Positions 31,640-39,932 are shown, numbered from the stretch's first letter. The stretch: DNA of 64,000 bases from Coleofasciculus chthonoplastes F2-STO-03 (GCA_040222015.1 JAVJWO010000108.1:15240-79239); one strand, 5' to 3'. Notes: generated from the sequence alone by a model not told the origin. Numbers and translations: made by a program.

Positions 31640-32959
31640 ATGATGATTTCACAAACCGAGTATCGCCAACGCCGCGAACAGTTGATGAGTCAGATTGGTC
31701 AGGGGACGGCTGTCTTCCGCAGCGCCCCGGTTGCGGTGATGCATAATGATGTGGAATATAATTTTCGTCAGGATAGTGATTTCTTTTATCTGACGGGGTT
31801 TAATGAAGCTGAAGCCGTGGCGGTGTTAGCGCCGCACCATTCCGAACACCGCTTTGTGCTGTTTGTCCAACCTAAAGATCCGGAGAAGGAAGTTTGGACA
31901 GGGTATCGGACGGGGGTTGATGGGGCGAAAGAACGCTACGGTGCAGATGAGGCGTATCCGATTACGGAACTGGATGAGAAGTTACCTCAGTATTTAGAGA
32001 AGGCAGATCGGATTTATTATCAGTTAGGGCGCGATCGCGAGTTTAATCAAACCGTTCTCACCCATTGGCAAAGGTTGATGCGGACCTATCCTAAGCGGGG
32101 AACGGGTCCGATGGCGATTGAGTCCACGAATCCGCTGCTTCAGAAGATGCGCTTGGTGAAGAGTCCAACGGAATTGGAGATGATGCGCCAAGCCGTGGCG
32201 ATTTCCGTAGATGCTCATAATCATGCCCGAAAATTTGCCCAAGCGGGATGTTATGAGTACCAAATTCAGGCGGAAATCGAATATATGTTTCGCCAACGGG
32301 GGGCGTTAGGTCCAGCCTATCCGTCGATTGTGGCGTCGGGGGTGAATAGTTGTATTCTGCATTATGTGGAAAATACCCGCCAGATGGAAACTGGGGATTT
32401 GTTGTTGATTGATGCGGGCTGTGCTTATGAGTATTACAATGCCGATATTACCCGCACGTTTCCGATTGGGGGTAAATTTAGCGAAGATCAACGGATCATC
32501 TATGAGTTGGTGTTGAAAGCGCAGCAAGACGCGATCGCACAAGTGCAACCAGGAAAGCCCTATAATCTATTTCACGATACCGCCGTGCGCGTATTGGTGG
32601 AAGGATTAATGGATTTGGGTTTACTGGCGGGAGATATTGAGGAAATTATTAAGGAGGAGAAATATAAACCCTTCTATATGCATCGGACTGGACATTGGTT
32701 AGGATTAGATGTTCATGATTCTGGGGTATATAAGAATGGGGAAGAATCCTGGCAAACCTTTGAACCGGGTCAAGTGGTGACAGTGGAACCGGGATTATAT
32801 ATTGGCTTAGATATTAAATCGGTAGAAGGTCAACCTGAGATTCCTGAACGTTGGCGCGGGATTGGTGTCAGGATTGAGGATGATGTTTTGGTTACCGAAT
32901 CAGGGAATGAAGTGTTAACGGCTGGGGTGCCCAAGTTGGTAGATGAGATGGAAAGCTAG
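31640..32959 (+). CDS. pepP: Xaa-Pro aminopeptidase (aminopeptidase P)
   Basis: FRQDSDFFYLTG, LLLIDAG, ADITRT, HRTGHWLGLDVHD, TVEPG, GVRIEDD. Confidence 0.95.
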   Translation: MMISQTEYRQRREQLMSQIGQGTAVFRSAPVAVMHNDVEYNFRQDSDFFYLTGFNEAEAVAVLAPHHSEHRFVLFVQPKDPEKEVWTGYRTGVDGAKERYGADEAYPITELDEKLPQYLEKADRIYYQLGRDREFNQTVLTHWQRLMRTYPKRGTGPMAIESTNPLLQKMRLVKSPTELEMMRQAVAISVDAHNHARKFAQAGCYEYQIQAEIEYMFRQRGALGPAYPSIVASGVNSCILHYVENTRQMETGDLLLIDAGCAYEYYNADITRTFPIGGKFSEDQRIIYELVLKAQQDAIAQVQPGKPYNLFHDTAVRVLVEGLMDLGLLAGDIEEIIKEEKYKPFYMHRTGHWLGLDVHDSGVYKNGEESWQTFEPGQVVTVEPGLYIGLDIKSVEGQPEIPERWRGIGVRIEDDVLVTESGNEVLTAGVPKLVDEMES

Positions 32960-33072
32960 AAGGGTAATAATTTGACCAAAATCCGGGGTGTAGGGGCGGG
33001 TTTAGGGATTTTAATAGCGGTGTAACCAATAACGTTTGTAGCAAAACCCGCCCAGTAGTATTATTTCCTATA

Positions 33073-33109
33073 GTTTCAGTCCCCTTGCGGGGATTTAGTT
33101 GGTGGAAAC
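33073..33109 (-). CRISPR. Orphan single CRISPR repeat preceded by a leader-like sequence
   Basis: Minus strand GTTTCCACCAACTAAATCCCCGCAAGGGGACTGAAAC matches the main repeat at 32/37; adjacent aaaatcctcgctaaaatcctc...gtttcagatggtgga parallels the main leader end aaaatcctctgtagaatcctc...gttttagatggcggg. Confidence 0.8.
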
Positions 33110-33428
33110 TCCACCATCTGAAACATCGGCTGCACGAGGATTTTAGCGAGGATTTTCGTAAGTCGAGGTTCTGCTGCTGATATTCAATCATACAGGAAAC
33201 TTGCCCTTAAGCCAAACAATTTAGCTCCCTTGGCGGGATGCGGTTGTCGATGCGCTCCCCCTAGTGAGTGGGAAGACAGGCGTTCCGTCAGGTGATGAAG
33301 GGGTTTTAGTTGAGGATTTCGGGTAGCGCGATCGCATCTGGGTAATTTTCCAGGATTGACGGTGGAGCCGCGTTTAGGGTAGCTTGTCATAACTTATAAT
33401 AAAAATGTACTCTACTAGAGTAATTTCG

Positions 33429-34025
33429 ATGTCTGGGGATATTGTTTTTAGCTTTAATGACATAAAAACCACTCAGGCGGCGGCTTTCCTGATCAAGCTT
33501 CATGGTCAGCCTTCGATGAGTTATTTGGGGCTGCTCAAAATGCTCTACATCAGTGATCGCCGATCTCTACAATATAGTGGCTATCCTATTACAGGTGATA
33601 GTTTTGTTTCGATGAAGTATGGACCCGTGTTGACCCGTATTTATGACTATGTGAAGCCAAATGGCGGTTTTACCAGTTCTGAATATTGGTCAGAATACAT
33701 CGCCACAGTTCCCGCCCCCCATGAGCCTAATAAAAAAGTATTTGTGACTTTAATTGCTGACCCCGGTGATGATGAGCTTTCTCTGGCTGAAGAAGAAATT
33801 ATGGAGGCAGTTTATCAAGAATTTGGTCATCTCAATGCTTTTGATGTGGCTGAGTGGACTCACTCACTTCCAGAATGGATAAATCCACAGGAAAAAGGTC
33901 AAAAAGTTGTTGATATTAAAGTTGTGGATCTACTTCAGTATCTAAAAAAAACTGATGACGAAATTCAGCGTATAAAAGAAATTGCTGATCGAGAACGCTA
34001 TTTAGATGGGGTTCTAAATGGCTGA
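33429..34025 (+). CDS. Panacea/DUF4065 (SocA/GepA-like) antitoxin
   Basis: KTTQAAAFL...LLKMLYISDR..L...GYPITGD.FVSMKYGPV...THSLPEW; alternative start at 33405; TATAAT at 33394-33399. Confidence 0.85.
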   Translation: MSGDIVFSFNDIKTTQAAAFLIKLHGQPSMSYLGLLKMLYISDRRSLQYSGYPITGDSFVSMKYGPVLTRIYDYVKPNGGFTSSEYWSEYIATVPAPHEPNKKVFVTLIADPGDDELSLAEEEIMEAVYQEFGHLNAFDVAEWTHSLPEWINPQEKGQKVVDIKVVDLLQYLKKTDDEIQRIKEIADRERYLDGVLNG

Positions 34026-34419
34026 TTTATCAATTAATTTGGGTGATATTTTCCTTTTGGACACGGGGGGTCAAAAAAATCATTGGTATATTGCGATCGC
34101 TCCCCTTTCTTCCGATGAATTTTTGTTTGTAAATATATCAACTTGGTATGAAGGCAGTAGTGATAATGATGGAACTTGTATCTTAAAACCAGCGGCAAGA
34201 ATGCCTGGATTTATTAATCGAAAATCATTTCTTGCCTATAAATTTGCGAGGTCTTACACCGCCGAGCAACTGGAAAAACTCATCGTGCCAAATTCTGACC
34301 TTCCCTATGATACGCTTGAGCCTCAGATTTTAAGACGTGTTCAAAGAGAGAGTCTAAATGCTAGAAACTTAAAGAAAAAGTATCTTAATGCTCTAAGGGC
34401 TTATCTGGGAGTTTCTTAA
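34018..34419 (+). CDS. Putative toxin (PemK/MazF-like fold) paired with the Panacea antitoxin
   Basis: Overlaps the antitoxin stop; GDIFLL...HWYIAI...VNIST...TCIL...FINRKSF pattern. Confidence 0.6.
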   Translation: MADLSINLGDIFLLDTGGQKNHWYIAIAPLSSDEFLFVNISTWYEGSSDNDGTCILKPAARMPGFINRKSFLAYKFARSYTAEQLEKLIVPNSDLPYDTLEPQILRRVQRESLNARNLKKKYLNALRAYLGVS

Positions 34420-34604
34420 GTTACTTTACTTCACCGACGTGCGCCCAATTTCAACAGCAGGCGCCCATTTTAACAGTAAAATCTATTCCACAATTTTAGC
34501 TGTGTCAGTCCAGTAGGGTGGGTTAGGTAGATATTTCATGAGGAAAATCACCCTTTAATGTAATATTTCCGCCGTAACCCACCAACAATTAGACGGGTAG
34601 AACT

Positions 34605-34724
34605 GTAAGACGTCCCCTTGCGGGGAAGAGGTGAAAGACGACTCAACAGTTGAGTCAACTTCTAGAGGCGTGTTTCCATCCCCTTGCGGGGTAAGTTTAT
34701 CAAGCGATTACCGCTTGCGGAAAC
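34605..34724 (-). CRISPR. Degenerate repeat-spacer-repeat mini-array (crRNA-like regulatory RNA candidate)
   Basis: Repeat 1 (34724-34672) GTTTCCGC-AAGCGGTAATCGCTTGAT-AAACTTACCCCGCAAGGGGATGGAAAC; 32-nt spacer (34671-34640); repeat 2 (34639-34605) GTCTTTCACCTCTTCCCCGCAAGGGGACGTCTTAC; both keep the CCCC-GCAA-GGGG hairpin of the main repeat. Confidence 0.8.
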
Positions 34725-34745
34725 TTAACTCCTCTAGCCAAATCA

Positions 34746-34774
34746 AACATAACCGTACTGGGTCGAAAAGTCAA
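34746..34774 (-). promoter_or_regulatory. Sigma70-type promoter for the mini-array
   Basis: Minus strand TTGACT-N17-TATGTT; predicted TSS about 15 nt before the first mini-array repeat. Confidence 0.65.
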
Positions 34775-34807
34775 GTTGGTATCAACTCAAAACAGCAGTA
34801 TGAATTC

Positions 34808-34840
34808 GGGGAGAGTGGTAGCATGTCAGCGACTCTCCCC
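34808..34840. terminator. Stem-loop between the 133-aa gene and the mini-array promoter
   Basis: GGGGAGAGT...ACTCTCCCC inverted repeat; no clear U tract. Confidence 0.45.
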
Positions 34841-34880
34841 AGTGAGGTAGGATGCTTACCCTGATATCATCCAGATATGT

Positions 34881-35282
34881 CTAGTCGTTTTTATCAGACT
34901 CCGGCTTAACTTGCTCCACATCGAAATTGTTGACCAACAAGCCAAGGCGGTTACTCATATCCAAGTTCTGCCAAAGTTGGACACCGTTATTAGCGCCAAC
35001 GATGAACGCTGAGACAATTGCCGCCAGTATCTGAAATTTCCGCAAATGCTTCCAAGAACAAAAGGATTTTTTAGGTTGGAAATTTGCGTGGTTTTGCGTC
35101 TGCTTCGAGTGTTTCAGGTTTTCTTGGAACTTATCCGTCAAACCCAGCGGGTGTAGATTATTGTCCGGTACGTCATCTTGGAGCGTAAAGTCATGACCAT
35201 CCGGTGATGGGTGTGCAGATAAATCTAATTCGGCTAAACCTGCTACAGGGTCAGCCACCAATGACTTCGAGTCTTTTTGCAT
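34881..35282 (-). CDS. Hypothetical single-TM protein; its 5' UTR is matched by the mini-array spacer
   Basis: 133 aa; disordered N-terminus, basic patch, hydrophobic FQILAAIVSAFIVG segment; AGGT ~10 nt upstream of the ATG. Confidence 0.65.
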   Translation of the reverse strand: MQKDSKSLVADPVAGLAELDLSAHPSPDGHDFTLQDDVPDNNLHPLGLTDKFQENLKHSKQTQNHANFQPKKSFCSWKHLRKFQILAAIVSAFIVGANNGVQLWQNLDMSNRLGLLVNNFDVEQVKPESDKND

Positions 35283-35469
35283 TGTTCGTTACCTATTGTT
35301 AAATACGCCAGCTAGAAGTTGCTTGCAACAGTTGAGTCGGTTTTGAGTGCTTATTCAGACATCTTTCCTCCCGAATATGTATCAATTTTTACCACCTCAT
35401 GGTTTTGACCATGAGCTTACCCTCTATCATAATCTCAGACCAATCTCAATGACCACCAACAAAGTTATT

Positions 35470-36087
35470 TCAACCAACGCATTTAACCTTTTTGAGACTT
35501 CCATCCTCCTTGAGAACCATAATCTCAACCTTAATCATTTGCCCTTCAGATAGCAATTTCGCCTTTTTTGGCTCTTTTTCGGTTAATTTAATCGTTTCCA
35601 GAATCGTATATGTTACCTTATTTCCCTTAACGCCTGTAACCGTGGCGTCCAATATTTGACCCACTTTAAAATCATGAGTGCTAACCACCTCAGCAATTTC
35701 AGCTTGACGCGCTGACTCGACAACAGGGGCGCTAATTTCGCCAACGGGTTCAGCGTTTTGGTAATAACGCATTAGCCGATAAGACCAGCCTAAAATATGT
35801 AGCATCACTGGGGGATTATCTTGATAGGCTTTTAGGTATTGATTACAAGCATTGTCAATACTTTGGTAATAGTCAGACGTTCGCTTACTATGTCCAATTT
35901 GTCTGCCATTTCTGACCAAGGTTTTGAGATAATCAAACAACTTTTTTCCGTCTTGGTTGGCGTAATTGCGAAGATAGGCGATCGCTTTTCCTAGTTCATT
36001 GGCGTCTGTATCTGCTTTGACTAGAGTTTGTGCGATCGCGTGGGCAATTTTCCACTCATTTTCGGTTAATTCTTCTGTTATTACCAT
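35470..36087 (-). CDS. CRISPR-associated protein: helical N-terminal domain plus C-terminal S1/OB-fold domain
   Basis: Last gene of the cas run; C-terminal FKVGQILDATVTGVKGNKVTY...LSEGQMIKVEI is S1-like; start at MVITEE, because the longer ORF begins in a REP palindrome. Confidence 0.65.
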   Translation of the reverse strand: MVITEELTENEWKIAHAIAQTLVKADTDANELGKAIAYLRNYANQDGKKLFDYLKTLVRNGRQIGHSKRTSDYYQSIDNACNQYLKAYQDNPPVMLHILGWSYRLMRYYQNAEPVGEISAPVVESARQAEIAEVVSTHDFKVGQILDATVTGVKGNKVTYTILETIKLTEKEPKKAKLLSEGQMIKVEIMVLKEDGSLKKVKCVG

Positions 36088-36151
36088 AGAGATTTTATCC
36101 TTGGTTCTTCCAGGTTGTAGAGACGTTGCATGCAACGTCTCTACAATTGTG

Positions 36152-37177
36152 CTAATACATTCCCTCCGGCGGTTCTCTCTCAGTAGGATATCCCAATACC
36201 TTGACTAATTCCTGCAATGGCTGGGATTGCACCAATTCTCGATGCGCCGCCTGAATCGCCTGTTGGATCAACTGTTGCAAGGGTTTTCCAGTAAGGGGTT
36301 GGGATTGAGTTTGATAGGATAAATAGCGATCGCGTAAATTATCGACAGGTTCTAAACTCCTTACCTCAACTGTCATTGTCCCCATCCCAATCGGTTTACC
36401 GCCACCCACTTTAAGTGCAATCGCATTCAGTTTATCTTGTCCGAGTACAATCAGTAGGGTTCCCAGTTCCCCTTTGGTTAAGTTTCGATAGGGTAATGAT
36501 GTGGTAAATACAAAAGTTTTCGCCGCTTGTTGTACTGATATTCCCTGGTGTTGCCCTTTATCTACAGCCCGAATTGTGTGATAATAAAACTTGCGCCCAG
36601 CGACCTTTCCCTGGTTAAAATAACCTGGGTATTCATCAGGACGAGGACGATAGAGAGATGGCATAAATCCGGGACGAAATTCAGTTGATTCACACTCAGC
36701 ATCCCTAAACTGAATTAACCCTTGCCAATTCAGCGCCCCAAATACCCGACAAGCGGGACAAAGTTGGGTTTTATCACGACATTCCTGATAGCCTGGGGGG
36801 ATTTGATTCGGTTTTGCTTTCGTTTTACACAAACAGCTACGGGTAATCGCTTCATAGGTGGAACGTACCACACCTTTAAGCGAACTACCGGGAATCATTA
36901 ACTGTCCCTGGCTTCCCTGAATCATCGTTTTAATCAAGGGAATCGACTTTTGTCCCACATCCGTTCCCAGGGCGACAACTCCCGTAGAAACGTGTAATCC
37001 GGTTTGAACCGTTAATTTTAACTGTAACGTTCCATGGACGCAATCGCGATAATATTGATCGTGTCCTTTAGGATGTTGTAATTGCGGCTTTTCTTTCGGT
37101 AAAGGGATGAGATGATAGGGTTTTGGGGCAGTAATTTGGGATGGTTGAGGGCGGGGAAGGGGTTTATCATAACTCAT
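36152..37177 (-). CDS. cas7: Type III-D RAMP (Cas7 group) protein
   Basis: IPGSSLKGVVRSTYEAIT, CPACRVFG, GRKFYYH, G-rich loop KVGGGKPIGMG. Confidence 0.88.
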   Translation of the reverse strand: MSYDKPLPRPQPSQITAPKPYHLIPLPKEKPQLQHPKGHDQYYRDCVHGTLQLKLTVQTGLHVSTGVVALGTDVGQKSIPLIKTMIQGSQGQLMIPGSSLKGVVRSTYEAITRSCLCKTKAKPNQIPPGYQECRDKTQLCPACRVFGALNWQGLIQFRDAECESTEFRPGFMPSLYRPRPDEYPGYFNQGKVAGRKFYYHTIRAVDKGQHQGISVQQAAKTFVFTTSLPYRNLTKGELGTLLIVLGQDKLNAIALKVGGGKPIGMGTMTVEVRSLEPVDNLRDRYLSYQTQSQPLTGKPLQQLIQQAIQAAHRELVQSQPLQELVKVLGYPTEREPPEGMY

Positions 37178-37683
37178 TTTGGCATATCCACAGTTAAGGC
37201 AACAAAATGCACCATTGCAGTAGGTTTAGCGATAAAATAACGCTGGGCTAGTTTCGGCTGATTGGGGGAAGTATTTCTCACATCCAGACTTTGAGGATAA
37301 ATTAGCGATCGCGGGAATCTGGTTTCATTGGTAAGATACCCATAAGCTGGGCGTTGTTCAGTTTTCCAATAGGATTTATTCTCAGATTTTCTGGGATATT
37401 CTGTATCATCAATAATCGATTTAAAGCCCAGAACCTCACCCGTATTCGATAACACAAGTACGCTATAACCCTCATTTTGCCATTTCCAGCGCAATTCGCG
37501 ATCGCAATTAAACATCTGTCCTTCAGGAGAGGGAAAATTATCCGGTAATTTGTCCACAATTCCACTCACTTGATGACTCCAACGCAGAAAATAATAACTC
37601 GGCGCTGTAGCTTGCTGTTGCACTAATTCTCTTAACTCTGTTTCAGTGAGTAACTCTTGATAAACACCAACAAAAGGACTCAT
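37174..37683 (-). CDS. csx19: Csx19-like type III-D subunit
   Basis: Position between RAMP genes; EGQMFNCDRELRW and QRYF motifs. Confidence 0.7.
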   Translation of the reverse strand: MSPFVGVYQELLTETELRELVQQQATAPSYYFLRWSHQVSGIVDKLPDNFPSPEGQMFNCDRELRWKWQNEGYSVLVLSNTGEVLGFKSIIDDTEYPRKSENKSYWKTEQRPAYGYLTNETRFPRSLIYPQSLDVRNTSPNQPKLAQRYFIAKPTAMVHFVALTVDMPK

Positions 37684-37701
37684 GCTGCACCTGCTTCTAC
37701 T

Positions 37702-37839
37702 GTGACTTTTTCCCGGAAGTCTAAAAACCTGAATCGGGGCGGGTTTAATTCCTTATGGTTAACCCAAAAGATAGTAGTGAAACCCGCCCCTACACAATCC
37801 TCACGTTACGCCACATACCCTGAAAAATCTGCTTCTACT
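37702..37839. mobile_element. REP/MITE-like insertion with an 11-bp flanking direct repeat
   Basis: CTGCTTCTACT at 37691-37701 and 37829-37839; the interior is near-identical to ~40895-40997. Confidence 0.7.
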
Positions 37840-38765
37840 CTCTGACGCCAAGCCCGAACCGCCCGCATCAATAAATCCTGAACTTGTTCCTTTCCTTGCC
37901 AATTTAACTGTACTCCAAACCCCAGCGCCATTGATTCCGCCCGCACAGGAGTATCTTGCATATCATTAGCTGGAAAACCATAGCGTTCTCGTTCCTCCGC
38001 CTCCAGAAACATACCAGCACCCAAAAGTTGATTAGCTTGCCATTCTCCCCCACCTCCTAAACTACAAATCTGTTGATTTTCAATAACACAACCCGGATAT
38101 TGGACAACCGCCTGGTTTAATTTTACGTCCACAATTCCCAAGCCGCGAGACTTCGCAAACCCCAAGCCAAACCATCCCTCATCCAAATCGCGCAACACTA
38201 AACCAATTAATCCCAATTGGGCTAACGAGAAGTTTTTAAGATGGAGTTTAGTACGAAACTCCCCAGCCGTACAAACTTGATAATTAAATGGTCCCACCGC
38301 CACCGAACCAAACACGCGGTCAATCGCCACACCATTCCGTTCTTCCAATTTCACAGGTTGAGATTCAACCGGATAAGCATCCTCAATTCTAATCCGACTA
38401 GCAATTGACTTATTGCCAAACATTTGATCAGTGAAGGAAGATAAACGGTAAATATCTGCTGAGTCATCTTTCAGATAGTCATAGTTATCAGTTAACGGAT
38501 CATTTGCCCAAAGCACATCCGGATTATCAGAATTACGATTATCGCGTCCCACCGTTCTCACAATTCGTTCAGCATGAGCGCGGATTGCCCCTTTTAAAGA
38601 ACTTCCCGGTAAATAAACCGAACGCCCTCCCCCATGATACGTTTCCACAAATTCCATATCCGGCTTCGTCGGATCAGCGCCTTCTCGCCCTGACTTAATC
38701 AGAATCGGACCACAAGGAACTAAACTAAAATCAATCGTACATTGATTAACCAATCGTTTGTGCAT
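37806..38765 (-). CDS. cas7: Type III-D RAMP (Csx7/Cas7 group)
   Basis: YLPGSSLKGAIRAHAERI, ERNGVAIDR, GLGFAKSRGLG. Confidence 0.88.
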   Translation of the reverse strand: MHKRLVNQCTIDFSLVPCGPILIKSGREGADPTKPDMEFVETYHGGGRSVYLPGSSLKGAIRAHAERIVRTVGRDNRNSDNPDVLWANDPLTDNYDYLKDDSADIYRLSSFTDQMFGNKSIASRIRIEDAYPVESQPVKLEERNGVAIDRVFGSVAVGPFNYQVCTAGEFRTKLHLKNFSLAQLGLIGLVLRDLDEGWFGLGFAKSRGLGIVDVKLNQAVVQYPGCVIENQQICSLGGGGEWQANQLLGAGMFLEAEERERYGFPANDMQDTPVRAESMALGFGVQLNWQGKEQVQDLLMRAVRAWRQRVEADFSGYVA

Positions 38766-38795
38766 AATCTAAATTTGTCTGAGACTACCTGTCGT

Positions 38796-39416
38796 TTAAG
38801 CCGCAACTAAGGTATCTAGTTGGGCTTCACAATGTTGAAAAATCGAGTTAACAACTGCAAAGAGTTGATCAAGATTTTCAATAATGTATGGAGTCGTATG
38901 TTTGGTAAATACATTGCCTTCTAGTTTACCAAACTGCCAGACTTGCCCATTAGAAACAATTCCAAATACAGTAATCTGAGGATATTGATTCAGGCGTTGA
39001 GCCGCCACCATTTCGGCGGCACACTGACCCCACCCTTCCTTAAACTTATCTTGTTTTGCCTCAACCAGTAAGAAATAGGGTTGGTCAAAAACCACCTTTC
39101 CCAGGGGAGAGCGTTTCGCTAAAATATACTCTGGAAAACCCGAAAGGGTCTCATCGTAATTTAGGGATTCGTGACTCCATAAAATAAACTTGCTTGAATA
39201 ACATTTCCAGACTTGTTTCAGTACCGGATAAATGAGATTCTCACAAATAGCAAACTCTGAATTATTCACCACCCCTTCCCGCATCACCATCTGGAGATCT
39301 TCGCGGAAATAGTCCGGAATATCAAAGGGAGATTCAACAATAAAATTCCCTTCTGTATAACTAATCTGAAACTCCTGGATAACATCCGCAATACTTGTGT
39401 ACTTGCTAAATGACAT
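38796..39416 (-). CDS. PD-(D/E)XK-like hypothetical protein inserted in the cas operon
   Basis: LVEAKQDKFKEGWGQCAAEM, FGIVSNGQVWQFGKL; start at MSFSKY after GAGGTG, because the ORF-track extension lies in repeats. Confidence 0.75.
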   Translation of the reverse strand: MSFSKYTSIADVIQEFQISYTEGNFIVESPFDIPDYFREDLQMVMREGVVNNSEFAICENLIYPVLKQVWKCYSSKFILWSHESLNYDETLSGFPEYILAKRSPLGKVVFDQPYFLLVEAKQDKFKEGWGQCAAEMVAAQRLNQYPQITVFGIVSNGQVWQFGKLEGNVFTKHTTPYIIENLDQLFAVVNSIFQHCEAQLDTLVAA

Positions 39417-39482
39417 AATCACCTCACAACATTTCGTTCGTAGTTGCCCGTAGGGTGCGTTAGCGGAGCGTAACGCACCGTT

Positions 39483-39915
39483 GAACAAGGGCAGGTTTTG
39501 TTGTTCAATTATCGGTAACCCGCCAGATTGAATCTCTAAACCCACCCCTACGATAGGGTATCGCATTTCCTGTGAATAAGGGCGGGTTTTGTTGTTCAAT
39601 TATCGATAACCAGCCAAAATCAATCCCTAAACCCGCCCCTACGATAGGGTATCTGCTTTCCTGCGAATAAGGGCGGGTTTTGTTGCTCAGGTGTTGGTGA
39701 AAAGCGAGATTAAGTCCCTAAACCCGCCCCTACGATAGGGTATCTGCTTTCCTGTGAACAAGGGCGGGTTTTGTTGTTCATTTATCGGTAACCCGCCAGA
39801 TTGAATCTCTAAACCCACCCCTACGATAGGGTATCGCATTTCCTGTGAACAAGGGCGGGTTTTGTTGTTCATTTATTGGTAACCCGCCAAGTTAAATCCC
39901 TAAACCCGCCCCTAC
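39483..39915. repeat. Five tandem ~91-bp units built on REP family B (AAGGGCGGGTTTT...AAACCCGCCCCTAC)
   Basis: Units start at about 39483, 39574, 39665, 39756 and 39847; single family-B copies also at ~6798, 18710, 21254, 25437, 29243, 32989, 40914, 57978 and 63626. Confidence 0.9.
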
Positions 39916-39932
39916 AATAAATTGATACATCA

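Noticed and set aside
34631..34864. 77-aa plus-strand ORF over the mini-array
   Set aside because: No recognisable features; it overlaps repeats, promoter and hairpin, so is probably spurious.
35305..35338. Mini-array target as a type I-D DNA protospacer
   Set aside because: No GTN PAM immediately 5' (flank is AAT) and no type I genes in the window; the orientation fits mRNA targeting better. Not fully excluded if a type I system exists elsewhere.
39687..39872. 61-aa ORF and the N-terminal extension of the 38796 ORF
   Set aside because: Both are read through the tandem REP units.
39483..39915. 91-bp periodic array as a second CRISPR array
   Set aside because: Units are REP hairpins whose variable parts are homologous to each other, not unique spacers.
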